Below, piece after piece: positions 36,777 through 46,476 of a DNA stretch of 63,986 nt (position 1 is the stretch's first letter; every line of letters begins with the position of its first letter). The DNA is from a virus. Its lineage: Duplodnaviria > Caudoviricetes. The notes below the pieces were generated by a model. It saw nothing but the letters and a program-made list of their open reading frames with translations, had not been told where the DNA came from and ran no database searches. Location: the IMG/VR virus record IMGVR_UViG_3300035701_009376, positions 1 through 63,986 of that record; one strand, given 5' to 3'. Both the position numbers and the translations under genes were made by a program.

Positions 36777-39437
36777 ATGCCCGACAAGCCGCCGAAACTC
36801 TACCTCGATACCGAGACTTGTGGGCTGCATAGCATGATGGTGCTGTTGCAGTATGCCGTGGAAGACGGCCCCATTGCTCTGTACGAGGTCTGGCGGCGGC
36901 CGATCCGTGAGACGCTGGCGCTGATCGAGTGGATATGCCAGCACACAGTCGTCGGCTTCAACTTGTCCTTCGACTGGTTCCATGTTGTCAAGGTTTACAC
37001 CATCTTTCGCCTCTGCGACCCGGACTGGATTCCCGAAGAGCATATCGACGAGATCGCCATGCTGGAACCGCAGGGGCAAGATGGCCCGTGCGTCAAGCCG
37101 GCGGCGGTCCTGGACCTGATGCTCCACAGCCGCAAAGGCCCCTACCAATCGCTGATGGCCCGCGAGGATGTCAGGATCAAGCGGGTTCCCACGGCTCTTG
37201 CCTACGCCCTGGCCCGCGAGTTAGAGGCCAGAGTCCAATTCGACAACATCTACTTCGCCAAGTCGGCCGACCCGGAAGCGCCCAAGTGGCAGGTCTTCGA
37301 CCGTCACGACTCCTTCGGCGATCTGGATACCGAGTTCAAGGATGTTGTCTTGAAGTTCAATCCGGCGGGCGGGTTGAAGTTCCTTGCCGAGCACGCTCTG
37401 AAGCTCAAGCCCAAGTATCACTACGCCGATGTAGAGCCGCCCCCAGTGTGGCGGCCCTGCGAGTTGGGCTATGCACCCACGGCCTTGGCCGTGTCAAGTC
37501 CTGACAAGGGCTGGGCGATTGAGACGGACGACGGCGAAGGCAACGGGAAGAAGGTCACGAAGTACGCTTGGCCCGGCGTGATTCGCAAGTTCATCGACCA
37601 TTGGGCAACCCGCCAGGACGCCCGCGACTACGCCAATGACGACATCGTTTATACGCGGGCGCTGGACAAGCATTTTGGATGCCCGGAGCCGGGTGACAAT
37701 GACTCTACGCTGACCTGCATGGTGGCGGCCGTCCGTTGGCACGGGTTCACAATTAACCGTGAAGGCATCAGCGGCCTGCGGGCGAAGGCCCAGGCTGTCA
37801 TGGCGGCCAGCCCAGTCAACATCCACAAGCCGAGTGAGGTTCGGGCCTACATTACTGCCGTGATGAACGACACGGAGAAACTGATCCTTGAAGAGTCCAC
37901 GAAGAAGGCCAACCTTGAAGCGATCAGCAAGTGGGGCATCGGTAAGATGTGCCCGACGTGCAAGGGCAAGGGCTACCTTGGGGAAGAGAAGACGAATATC
38001 TGCCCTGATTGCAAAGGCGTCTGCTTTGCTGGTGAACCGGAACCGTGCGGTGAGTGCGAGGGGACTGTTCCGTCGCAGACGCTTACGGCTTTCGGACTGG
38101 ATCGTGGGGCTAGTGTTGACACGGTCCACGCCACCTATCGGCATCTGGCGAAGACGCATCATCCCGACCACGGCGGAAATGCTGAAGAGTTCAAGCGGGT
38201 CCAGGAAGCCTACGAGGCAATGATAAACCGGCCGCAGTGTCATCGCTGCGGTGGTACGGGTTTCCTGAAGGTCGGCTGGCATCCGGCGGCCGTTCGCGCG
38301 AAGGAAATCCTTGCCGTCAAGTTTGCTGCCAAGGAAATCGAGCTATACGACAAACTGCTGTTGTCCGGCAAGTTCCACGCCAGCTTCGTCGTGATTGGTG
38401 CCCTCTCGTCCCGCATGGCTGGGGCAGACGGCCTCAATGCCCAAGGCATCAAGCACACGAAAGAAGTCCGCCAGATGTTCCCCTTGGCCTGGGAAGGGTA
38501 TCTGCTCTGCGGCGGCGACTTCAGTTCCTTCGAGGTGACAATTGCCGATGCCGTGTGCAACGACGAAGCCCTGCGCGCTGAACTGATTGCGGGCCGGAAG
38601 ATTCATGCCCTGTTTGGCATGGCGATCTTCCCCGGCACGACCTATGAGGAGGTCAAGTCGAGCGACGGCAGTACGACCAACGATATGTACACCAAGGGCA
38701 AGCAAGGGTTCTTCGGCACGATGCTCTACGGCGGCGACCACAGCACCCTGGTCAACCGCCTGGGGATCAGCGAAGAGGTCGCCAAGACGGCTATCGAGAA
38801 CTTCGGCAGCCGGTTCGTGGGCGTCAAGCGGTGGCGCAAGCGGGTTGCTGACTCGTTCTGTTCCATGACCCAACCGGCCGGCATCGGCACGAAGGTGGTC
38901 TGGAAAGAGCCGGCCGACTATGCCGAAACGATGCTGGGCTTCCGCCGCTACTTCACCCTGGAAAACCGCATCGCCCGCGCGATCTTCGACTTGGCCCGCA
39001 ACACTCCGAAGCACTGGAAGGACTGCAAGGTCAAGGTGGTCCGCCGCGACCGAGTGCAGACAGCCGGCGGTGCCGTCTCGTCAGCTCTCTATGGGGCGGC
39101 CTTCTCGATGCAGGCAGCCAACATGCGGGCGGCGGCGAACCATGAAATCCAGTCGCCGGGGGCCGAAATCACTAAGCACGTCCAGCGAAAGATTTGGGAC
39201 TTGCAGCCTGTCGGCGTGAACGAATGGCACGTCGCCCCCATGAACATCCACGACGAGATCATGTGCGTCACCCGGCCCGATGCGGTTCAGAGCGTGGCAC
39301 AGGTGGTCCGGGATTCCGTGGAGCACTTCCGCCCTTACGTGCCGCTGATCGGCATGGACTGGAACGAGGAAATGGCGAACTGGGCCGAGAAGAAGAGCGG
39401 CACGATCAAGATCAGAGCACCAGAGATGATGAAGTGA
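36777..39437 (+). CDS. polA: Family A DNA polymerase with 3'-5' exonuclease and a DnaJ-like insertion
   Basis: Exo motifs DTE, FNLSFD, YANDD; polymerase motifs DFSSFE, KQGFFGTMLYG, IHDE. Confidence 0.9.
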   Translation: MPDKPPKLYLDTETCGLHSMMVLLQYAVEDGPIALYEVWRRPIRETLALIEWICQHTVVGFNLSFDWFHVVKVYTIFRLCDPDWIPEEHIDEIAMLEPQGQDGPCVKPAAVLDLMLHSRKGPYQSLMAREDVRIKRVPTALAYALARELEARVQFDNIYFAKSADPEAPKWQVFDRHDSFGDLDTEFKDVVLKFNPAGGLKFLAEHALKLKPKYHYADVEPPPVWRPCELGYAPTALAVSSPDKGWAIETDDGEGNGKKVTKYAWPGVIRKFIDHWATRQDARDYANDDIVYTRALDKHFGCPEPGDNDSTLTCMVAAVRWHGFTINREGISGLRAKAQAVMAASPVNIHKPSEVRAYITAVMNDTEKLILEESTKKANLEAISKWGIGKMCPTCKGKGYLGEEKTNICPDCKGVCFAGEPEPCGECEGTVPSQTLTAFGLDRGASVDTVHATYRHLAKTHHPDHGGNAEEFKRVQEAYEAMINRPQCHRCGGTGFLKVGWHPAAVRAKEILAVKFAAKEIELYDKLLLSGKFHASFVVIGALSSRMAGADGLNAQGIKHTKEVRQMFPLAWEGYLLCGGDFSSFEVTIADAVCNDEALRAELIAGRKIHALFGMAIFPGTTYEEVKSSDGSTTNDMYTKGKQGFFGTMLYGGDHSTLVNRLGISEEVAKTAIENFGSRFVGVKRWRKRVADSFCSMTQPAGIGTKVVWKEPADYAETMLGFRRYFTLENRIARAIFDLARNTPKHWKDCKVKVVRRDRVQTAGGAVSSALYGAAFSMQAANMRAAANHEIQSPGAEITKHVQRKIWDLQPVGVNEWHVAPMNIHDEIMCVTRPDAVQSVAQVVRDSVEHFRPYVPLIGMDWNEEMANWAEKKSGTIKIRAPEMMK

Positions 39438-39742
39438 AGTACATCGACCACTACGAGATTCAGTACAGGCGTCACGGCGGCGGCTGGGAATACGTCGGGA
39501 ACGTCTACCCTCGCTATGAGTGGAGGACCGTGCGCCCCTGGTTCTTCTTCGGTCTGATTTCCTGGCCGAAGATGGTGAATGCTGCGGCGGCTGCGCTCCG
39601 GGCATATTGCCAAGCGACCGACGTTGCCCTGGCACTAATCGGCGGCGACGCACGGGACCACTGTCGCATCTGGCGATGGGAGCGCAGAGGCCGGAGGCTC
39701 ACGAAACAGATCGACGGCCAGTTCGACGGACACTTGATCTGA
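39434..39742 (+). CDS. Hypothetical protein
   Basis: GTGA-coupled ORF. Confidence 0.5.
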   Translation: MKYIDHYEIQYRRHGGGWEYVGNVYPRYEWRTVRPWFFFGLISWPKMVNAAAAALRAYCQATDVALALIGGDARDHCRIWRWERRGRRLTKQIDGQFDGHLI

Positions 39743-40137
39743 TGGGCAGAATCCGCCGACCAGCGCACGGCCCCGAGTGGCACATCCAGCAGGACTTGAT
39801 TGCGTTCCTGAGAGCACGATGCTGGCACGTCGAGCACACGCACGGCAACTTGTACCAGACCGGCTTCCCCGACTTGTATGTGATGCACGAGAAGTGGGGC
39901 ACGCGATGGATCGACTGCAAGCAGCCGAAGAACTACACGTTCACGAAAGCCCAGCGGCGCAAGTGGCCGCTGTGGGACGCCAAGGGCACTGGCATCTGGA
40001 TACTCACTGCGGCCACGCAGGAAGAGTACGACAAGCTGTTCAGGCCGCCCAACTGGCGTGACTACTGGAAGGAGTCGTGGGGTCAGGTTCCTGACATCGA
40101 CGCCCTTCTCGACGAGCTAGACCGCGAAGGCTGGTAG
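39742..40137 (+). CDS. VRR-NUC / PD-(D/E)xK-like nuclease (resolvase candidate)
   Basis: EWHIQ, GFPDL, WIDCK, TKAQ motifs. Confidence 0.7.
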   Translation: MGRIRRPAHGPEWHIQQDLIAFLRARCWHVEHTHGNLYQTGFPDLYVMHEKWGTRWIDCKQPKNYTFTKAQRRKWPLWDAKGTGIWILTAATQEEYDKLFRPPNWRDYWKESWGQVPDIDALLDELDREGW

Positions 40138-40190
40138 CTCGCTTCTCGCAACCCGCTAAGAAACGCCGACTGCGGAAAAACCCTGCGCCT

Positions 40191-40691
40191 ATGGAACTGC
40201 AACATCGACCCGAACCGTGGATGTGTACGCCCCTGGCCTTCGCGATGGCCTTGGACATGCCCGTCGCTGATCTGCTCGCGGCCATCGGCCACGACGGCAG
40301 CGAGATTGTCTTCCCGACGCTTCCCGAGCCCCTGTGCCGGCGGTGCTTCCACATCCAAGAGCTGATCCAGGTTGCCTTGGCGCGCGGCATGGCCGTCACG
40401 CCGGTCGAGTTGTTCCCCGTGCTGCAACCGGCCGAAGTGGGACCGTTCCACAAGACAGTGCTCTACGCGGACAACAACTGGCGGCGGTTCGAGACCACGA
40501 TCCAGAGCAGCCGGGGCGTCATTGACGGCACCGGCGCACGTCTTCGCCACATGGTCGCTTACGACCACGGCCGCATCTACGACCCGCGCGGGCCGGTCTA
40601 CGACTACAGCCGCCTCGCCTGTGAAGCCCACCACTTCTACACCCGCTGCGCCTGGCGGATCGACCCGATGGGAGGAAGCAGCCATGAGTAA
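40191..40691 (+). CDS. Hypothetical protein, possible papain-like (C39-type) peptidase
   Basis: WMCTPLAFAMAL ... HMVAYD..IYDP Cys/His/Asp pattern. Confidence 0.45.
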   Translation: MELQHRPEPWMCTPLAFAMALDMPVADLLAAIGHDGSEIVFPTLPEPLCRRCFHIQELIQVALARGMAVTPVELFPVLQPAEVGPFHKTVLYADNNWRRFETTIQSSRGVIDGTGARLRHMVAYDHGRIYDPRGPVYDYSRLACEAHHFYTRCAWRIDPMGGSSHE

Positions 40692-41364
40692 TCAGTACAA
40701 CGAGGCCCTGGTTGCTGCCATCTACTATGCAACCAACGGCGAGTCGCTGGACGCCGAAAAGAACGCCGCTCTCTACAAACGGGTGGCGGCCGGCGATACC
40801 GCTGCCCGCGAGGAAATGATCGTCGGCAACATGCCGCTGGCCGTTACGAACGTCGAGAGTTTTGTGGCTCGGTTTCCGGGAATGGCCCACCTGCGCGACG
40901 ACTTGACGAGTGCCGCCTTCATCGGTCTGACGAAAGCCGTGAACAAAATGGCGGCCGGTGAAGGGCCGCGCAGCACCGATCTCTCGGCCCCGGTCGAGTT
41001 CATGGGCATGTGGATCAACCGGGAATTGTATCGGTTGCTTGAACCGGAAGGCATTGCGCCGCCACATACGTCAAAGAATCGGGCGCGTGCCCAAGGCAAG
41101 GAACTGACCATGCCGACGATTCACAACGTCATTCCCGAGCGATTCGAGGTTCCTTCTTACCAGAAAGAGCTGGAGACGCGCGATCTGATCGAATCCTGTT
41201 GCACCTGTGACGAGGAGCGAACCTTTGTGGCAATGCGTGAAGCGGGATACACCCTCGTCGAGATTGCAGTCGCCCTCCAGAGATCGCGGATGTTCACCCA
41301 GAGGATGGGCATAAAGCTGGATGCCCGCGTCCAGAACAAGATCGAGGCCATCCGCAACGAATGA
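40684..41364 (+). CDS. Phage-encoded sigma70-family sigma factor
   Basis: Region 2 (AGDTAAREEMIVGNMPL; DDLTSAAFIGLTKAV) and region 4 HTH (GYTLVEIAVAL). Confidence 0.8.
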   Translation: MSNQYNEALVAAIYYATNGESLDAEKNAALYKRVAAGDTAAREEMIVGNMPLAVTNVESFVARFPGMAHLRDDLTSAAFIGLTKAVNKMAAGEGPRSTDLSAPVEFMGMWINRELYRLLEPEGIAPPHTSKNRARAQGKELTMPTIHNVIPERFEVPSYQKELETRDLIESCCTCDEERTFVAMREAGYTLVEIAVALQRSRMFTQRMGIKLDARVQNKIEAIRNE

Positions 41365-41942
41365 TCCGACGCATCTTCCTAGACCTGGACGACGTGTGCA
41401 ACACGCTGGCACCTTTCGTGTTGCACTGGGTCGGCTGCGGCATCGCTCCGACTGACTATGCGAGCTACCCACGCCAGTTTGGCTACCGCATTTCCGACGT
41501 GGCCAATTTCCTGCTGGGGGAATCTCGCTATACGCCGGCCACGCTCTGGGCGTCCATTCCACGTTCGATCTGGGTCAACGTTCCCGAGTCGCCGTTCTTC
41601 GCCTGGCTCTTGGAGACATGCGCCAAGGCGGTCGGCCGCGAGAACGTCTGCATCGCCACGAGTCCCACGAAATGCCCTGAGAGCCTGGCCGGCAAGCTGG
41701 AGTGGATTCACGACCACTTCCCGGCGTGGATGCACCGGCAATACGCCATCACACCCCGTAAGCATCTTCTCGCCCGGTCGGATTCCCTCCTGATCGACGA
41801 CTATGCGGAGAACACCGCCCGTTTTCAAGCCCTCGGCGGCCAGGTAATCCTCGTGCCGAGGCCCTGGAATGACAACTGGGCGGCCGATCCCCGGACCTAT
41901 TTGGAAGAAAAACTTGCGGCGGCGCTCTCGAAATCGGCCTGA
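41361..41942 (+). CDS. HAD 5'(3')-deoxyribonucleotidase-like protein
   Basis: FLDLDDV, ATSP, GKLEWI, LLIDD motifs. Confidence 0.8.
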   Translation: MIRRIFLDLDDVCNTLAPFVLHWVGCGIAPTDYASYPRQFGYRISDVANFLLGESRYTPATLWASIPRSIWVNVPESPFFAWLLETCAKAVGRENVCIATSPTKCPESLAGKLEWIHDHFPAWMHRQYAITPRKHLLARSDSLLIDDYAENTARFQALGGQVILVPRPWNDNWAADPRTYLEEKLAAALSKSA

Positions 41943-41962
41943 AATACGTTGTTCTTTATAGA
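41925..41962 (+). promoter_or_regulatory. Phage promoter motif copy 3
   Basis: CTCTCG AAATCGGCCTGAAATA CGTTGT TCTTTATAGA. Confidence 0.75.
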
Positions 41963-41995
41963 GACACTTGCAGACCTTTTAAGCTGGCTCTAATC

Positions 41996-42163
41996 ATGCA
42001 CACCGTCGAATTCATCCCTGCCAACTGGTTGGAGCGGGCGGCATGGTGGCCTGGCCTGACGGTCTACAGCCGACCGGTCCAGATCGAGCGGCGAACGGTC
42101 GTTCGCCGGGCGTGCGACCGGGTGGAAGACCTGCTCCGATCCCTGCTTTCCGCACAGGCATAA
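41996..42163 (+). CDS. Small hypothetical protein (55 aa, not in the ORF track)
   Basis: MHTVEFIPANWLERAAWW... fills the gap between the promoter motif and the ligase. Confidence 0.45.
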   Translation: MHTVEFIPANWLERAAWWPGLTVYSRPVQIERRTVVRRACDRVEDLLRSLLSAQA

Positions 42164-42166
42164 CCG

Positions 42167-43309
42167 ATGGCAAAGCGCGAATTCCTGCAACTGGCCGACC
42201 ATTACGACCGCCACAAACATGAAGTGGCGGGGTGGTTCGTCTCGGAGAAGCTGGATGGCACACGCTGCTTCTGGGACGGCGGCATCACTCGCGGCCTGCC
42301 CACCGAGACGGTGCCCTGGGCCAGCATCATCGACCCCAAGACGGGCCAGAAGAAAGCGAAGATCAAGCCTGTGGCGACCGGCCTGTGGAGCCGCTACGGC
42401 AACCCGATCATGGCCCCGGACTGGTGGCTCAATCAGCTTCCCTGCTGTCCCTTGGATGGCGAACTGTGGGCCGGGCGGGGCAGATTTCAGCTCTGCCGGT
42501 CGATCTGCGGCGGCGACACGCCGGACGAGCGCTTCGACAAGATCGTCTTCGCCGTCTACTCCACCCCGCCGCTCGGCGCGATCTTCAGCACGGGGCAGAT
42601 CAAGAACGCCAACATGGTCTGCAACGTCGAGTACCTCGCCATTGAGGCATGGATCAGGCAACGGCTCAATGCCAGGGGCGAGCGATTCGAGGGCGTTCCC
42701 CAGCCAAAGCGCTGTCTGGGCGACGACTTCCGGTTCCTGCACCCCGGCCAGCCTTTCGGCAAGGAACTGGCGGTGTTGAACACGGCCTTGGAGAACACCG
42801 ACGCCTCAGTCTGTTACCTGCATCCGCAGATGAAGCTGATCGACGTTCCCGACGCCGCTAATGACCAGGTGGAAGAGTATCTGCAACGAGTGCTGGACCA
42901 GGGTGGCGAGGGCGTGGTGATCCGCAATCCTGACGCCGTTTGGACGCCGAAACGGCACCACAGCATTCTGAAGTACAAGCCATTCTCCGACGCCGAGGCC
43001 CGCCTGGTGGGCTTCACCAGCGGCCGGGAAACCGCCAAGGGCAGCCGGCTGCTGGGCAAGATCGGTGCCCTGATCGTGGACTTCCAGGGCAAGCGCCTGG
43101 AATTGTCGGGCCTGACTGACGCCGAGCGAGAGTTTCTCAATCCCGACATGGCCCGCACAGCGGCCGAGAAGCCGGGGCAGGACATGCCCGCCTTCTTTCA
43201 GGGCCAGTCATTCAAGGTCGGACAGACCGTCACGTTCAAGTACCGCGAACTGTCCGATGACGGCATTCCAAGAGAGGCGAGGTACTGGCGGCGGAGGGAC
43301 GTGGAATGA
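42167..43309 (+). CDS. ATP-dependent DNA ligase
   Basis: SEKLDG, LDGELW, EGVVIR, LKYKP motifs and C-terminal OB fold. Confidence 0.9.
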   Translation: MAKREFLQLADHYDRHKHEVAGWFVSEKLDGTRCFWDGGITRGLPTETVPWASIIDPKTGQKKAKIKPVATGLWSRYGNPIMAPDWWLNQLPCCPLDGELWAGRGRFQLCRSICGGDTPDERFDKIVFAVYSTPPLGAIFSTGQIKNANMVCNVEYLAIEAWIRQRLNARGERFEGVPQPKRCLGDDFRFLHPGQPFGKELAVLNTALENTDASVCYLHPQMKLIDVPDAANDQVEEYLQRVLDQGGEGVVIRNPDAVWTPKRHHSILKYKPFSDAEARLVGFTSGRETAKGSRLLGKIGALIVDFQGKRLELSGLTDAEREFLNPDMARTAAEKPGQDMPAFFQGQSFKVGQTVTFKYRELSDDGIPREARYWRRRDVE

Positions 43310-44283
43310 TCGACGTTTCCTCGATCCGTCTCTATTGCGGGGACGCACGGAGCCACTACGACCTGTGGGACGCGCCAACGCTCATCATCTCCGACGGGCC
43401 TTACGGACTGAACGGCTACGATGGCGACCTCAAACGGCCGGATCAACTCCCCGCGTGGTACGAGCCGCACATTGCGGCATGGACCCGCCGCGCTACCGCG
43501 TCTACGACGTTGTGGTTCTGGAACACGGAAGTCGGCTGGGCGGAAGTCCATCCCCTTCTGCGGGAAGCGGAGTGGCTTTATCGGGCGTGCTGCATCTGGG
43601 ACAAGGGCCTCGCCCATGTGGCGGGCAATACCAACACTCGGACCCTGCGGAAGTTCCCTGTGGTCACCGAGGTGTGCGTCCACTACGTCCGCGAGCCTCA
43701 GTTTCGATTGACCACCGACGCTCCAGCGCTCTCTGCCCAGGATTGGCTTAGGGCGGAGTGGCGGCGGACGCGGCTGCCCTTTGCCAAAGCGAACGAGGCG
43801 TGCGGCGTGAAAAACGCGGCCACTCGCAAGTACCTCACTGGCGATCACCTGTGGTATTTCCCACCGCCAGACGTGTTCCGCAGGTTGGTAGAGTTTGCCA
43901 ATGTGAACGGCGACCCTTTGGGGCGTCCGTACTTCTCGCTTGACGGCAAGACGAGCCTCCTGCCCTCGCAGTGGGAGCAACTTCGCGGGAAGTTCTGCTG
44001 CGACGCCGGAATAACCAACGTGTGGCAAGTCCCAGCGGTGCGCGGCAAGGAACGGATCAAGGTCCAGGGCAACGTGGTCCATCCGAACCAGAAACCGCTC
44101 GCTCTCATGCGACGGCTGGTAAGAAGCTGCTCAGACCCCGGCGATGTCGTCTGGGAGCCTTTTGGCGGGCTTTGCACTGCCTCGCTCGCAGCGGCGGAAA
44201 CCGGGCGAAAAGCGTTCGCCGCCGAGATCACACCAGCCATCTACGAACAAGCACTCCAACGAATTAGGCAAGCCGCTGTATGA
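43306..44283 (+). CDS. DNA methyltransferase (N6A/N4C)
   Basis: SDGPY, HPNQKP, VWEPFGG motifs. Confidence 0.85.
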   Translation: MIDVSSIRLYCGDARSHYDLWDAPTLIISDGPYGLNGYDGDLKRPDQLPAWYEPHIAAWTRRATASTTLWFWNTEVGWAEVHPLLREAEWLYRACCIWDKGLAHVAGNTNTRTLRKFPVVTEVCVHYVREPQFRLTTDAPALSAQDWLRAEWRRTRLPFAKANEACGVKNAATRKYLTGDHLWYFPPPDVFRRLVEFANVNGDPLGRPYFSLDGKTSLLPSQWEQLRGKFCCDAGITNVWQVPAVRGKERIKVQGNVVHPNQKPLALMRRLVRSCSDPGDVVWEPFGGLCTASLAAAETGRKAFAAEITPAIYEQALQRIRQAAV

Positions 44284-45044
44284 GTGAGACGCCCAAGATT
44301 ACGTATCGCCAGTACGGCGGCAAGGCGTCCATCGCCAAGTGGATTGTGTCCCACTTCCCCGAGCACCAGGTCTACATGGAGCCGTGCTGTGCCTCTGCCG
44401 CGGTGCTGCTGGCCAAGCCGCGATCGTTCGTCGAGATCATCAACGATCTGGACGACGTGGTCATGGGCATGTGGCGGGCCATAAAGTCGCAACCCGAGCG
44501 ACTTGCCGCCTTGCTTTGGGCCACGCCGTACACGGCCGCCAACTGGCGGGAACAGCCCGTGGGCGACATCGACCAGGCCGTGCTGCTGATGGCACAGGGC
44601 GCGCAGTTCTACTGCGGTAATGGCAACTCGTCCACCTGGTCGCTGGATAAGTGCCCCGCCCCGCACAAGCCAAAGCCCGAGGTTTGGGCGGATTGGTTCC
44701 GGCGGGTGCTGCCCGCCGCGAACCGGATGCGAGGCGTCGAGCTTTTGCACGAAGACGCCCTGGTCGCCATCCAGCGGGTCTACCGTGATCCCGAAGCCCT
44801 GATCTACGTCGATCCGCCTTACTACGGCCACGAAGACGAGTACCGCTACCGCATCGACTACCCGGCAATGGTCGAACTGCTGAACTCGGCCAGCGCCAAG
44901 GTTGTGGTTTCCGAATACCCGGACGCCGCCGAGTTCTACCGGCACTGGAACCGTATCGACCGCGTGACCGCCAGCCGGGCCGGGACGGGGCGGCACAACT
45001 ACCGCGGCAAGACGAAGACCGAAGTCCTGTTCACCAACTTTTGA
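44280..45044 (+). CDS. D12/Dam-class DNA adenine methyltransferase
   Basis: YGGK, EIINDLD, YVDPPY motifs. Confidence 0.9.
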   Translation: MSETPKITYRQYGGKASIAKWIVSHFPEHQVYMEPCCASAAVLLAKPRSFVEIINDLDDVVMGMWRAIKSQPERLAALLWATPYTAANWREQPVGDIDQAVLLMAQGAQFYCGNGNSSTWSLDKCPAPHKPKPEVWADWFRRVLPAANRMRGVELLHEDALVAIQRVYRDPEALIYVDPPYYGHEDEYRYRIDYPAMVELLNSASAKVVVSEYPDAAEFYRHWNRIDRVTASRAGTGRHNYRGKTKTEVLFTNF

Positions 45045-45073
45045 GCCATTGATCGACCATTGAGGTTCGCACC

Positions 45074-46099
45074 GTGAGTCAAACCGCAGAACTATCGCGT
45101 GTTCAAGCCAACATCGGCGAGCTGGTGGAGCGTTTCGTGTTGGACCGCTGGCAGGCCGGACAGCCGCGCTTCCACATCCAGGACTTGCACGACTACATCG
45201 CCACCCGGACACAGATTGCCCCTGCGTCGCCCGATCGCATCCTCCGGCAACTTCGGTTGGAGGGCAAGTTCGATTACAAGGTGGTCAGCCGCTCGGACTC
45301 CTGCTACGAGATCACCGCGATCAACCCCGGCCCGAGAGGCAAGCCGGCAAGAACTGTGGCGACCAAGCGCAACCCGAAGCAAGAGGGCACCAGCTACTTT
45401 GATTGCATTCCGCAAGCCGGCCCATGCCCCATCGGCTGCAACCAATGCTTCTTCAACCGGCCGGGGGCGTACTACGTTCCTATGGACCAATTGCCCCTGG
45501 TGCCCACGCCGAAAGAGGTCGGCGACGGCATTGTGCGGATGAACTGCGGGAATGACAGCAACAATCAGCGGGACCTGGTGATCGACACCGCCAAGCAGTA
45601 TCAGCGGTACTTCTTCAACACGTCGATCCCCCGCTTCGATTTCCCAGGTCCGGTCGTGCTCACGGCCAATCCCACGGAAGAGGATGAATCCCGCTATGCC
45701 TGGCCGATCTGGCACGGCGATAACTGGTACTCGCCGGCTGCCAACCTGATGTTCGTGCGGCTCCGCACCTCGGCCACGAACCTGGGCCTGGTGGACAAGG
45801 CCGTGGCCGCCTGGACCGCCGCGCAGGTGCCGGTGGTGATTACCTTCATGGCCTACTACGACCACGAGCCGCACGTGCCGGCGGACCTGATCTTCAAGGG
45901 TCCGTGCTACGAGTGGCGCGTGCGGCACATCAACCCCTACTGGTGCCCGACCAAAGACTTTGTGCGCTGGGTCATGTCCCGCTACGCACAGAACCGGCTG
46001 GTGAGCATGTGCAGCAGCGTCAGTTCGGCTTACTGCCGCGACTGCCGCAACTGCGAAACCCACTACCTGCAAACGATGAAGCGACTACGGGGTGAATAG
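45074..46099 (+). CDS. Winged-helix-like N-terminus fused to a radical-SAM-like Fe-S domain
   Basis: CPIGCNQC (CxxxCxxC) and C-terminal CRDCRNC. Confidence 0.6.
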   Translation: MSQTAELSRVQANIGELVERFVLDRWQAGQPRFHIQDLHDYIATRTQIAPASPDRILRQLRLEGKFDYKVVSRSDSCYEITAINPGPRGKPARTVATKRNPKQEGTSYFDCIPQAGPCPIGCNQCFFNRPGAYYVPMDQLPLVPTPKEVGDGIVRMNCGNDSNNQRDLVIDTAKQYQRYFFNTSIPRFDFPGPVVLTANPTEEDESRYAWPIWHGDNWYSPAANLMFVRLRTSATNLGLVDKAVAAWTAAQVPVVITFMAYYDHEPHVPADLIFKGPCYEWRVRHINPYWCPTKDFVRWVMSRYAQNRLVSMCSSVSSAYCRDCRNCETHYLQTMKRLRGE

Positions 46100-46277
46100 T
46101 CGCTGCATCCCAACTCCGAAGGAGGATTCCGTGACCCCACTCGTGACCCTCGTGATTTCGCTGCTGGCCGGCGTCATTGTCGTCACCATGACGTGCCCGC
46201 CGCTGGTGGCCATTGTCACCGTCGTCGGCATCTGTTTCATCGGGGCGATCATTGCCAAGGCGATGGGGAGAATCTGA
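46092..46277 (+). CDS. Small two-helix membrane protein
   Basis: Hydrophobic; true start may be GTG 46131 after AAGGAGG. Confidence 0.5.
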   Translation: MNSRCIPTPKEDSVTPLVTLVISLLAGVIVVTMTCPPLVAIVTVVGICFIGAIIAKAMGRI

Positions 46278-46476
46278 TCCGTCCTACGGCTACGTGAAAG
46301 AATGACCTGTCCGCTCCTCGCCCTCGGTCCAGTGGCAAGTGCCTCCTGGCCGGGCATCGGCATGGAGCATCGGCGATTCCGCCGTCAGGTCGCGCATCTG
46401 CTCGACGCCGAGCAGCGCGGCCAATAGAGCCTGCTCATCCCGTTAGCAACCGTCAACTGTCTCGCACTACGCGCCC

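Noticed and set aside
46278-46476. Intergenic gap as ncRNA or a 41-aa ORF
   Set aside because: Neither a convincing RBS/motif nor a distinctive fold; left uncalled
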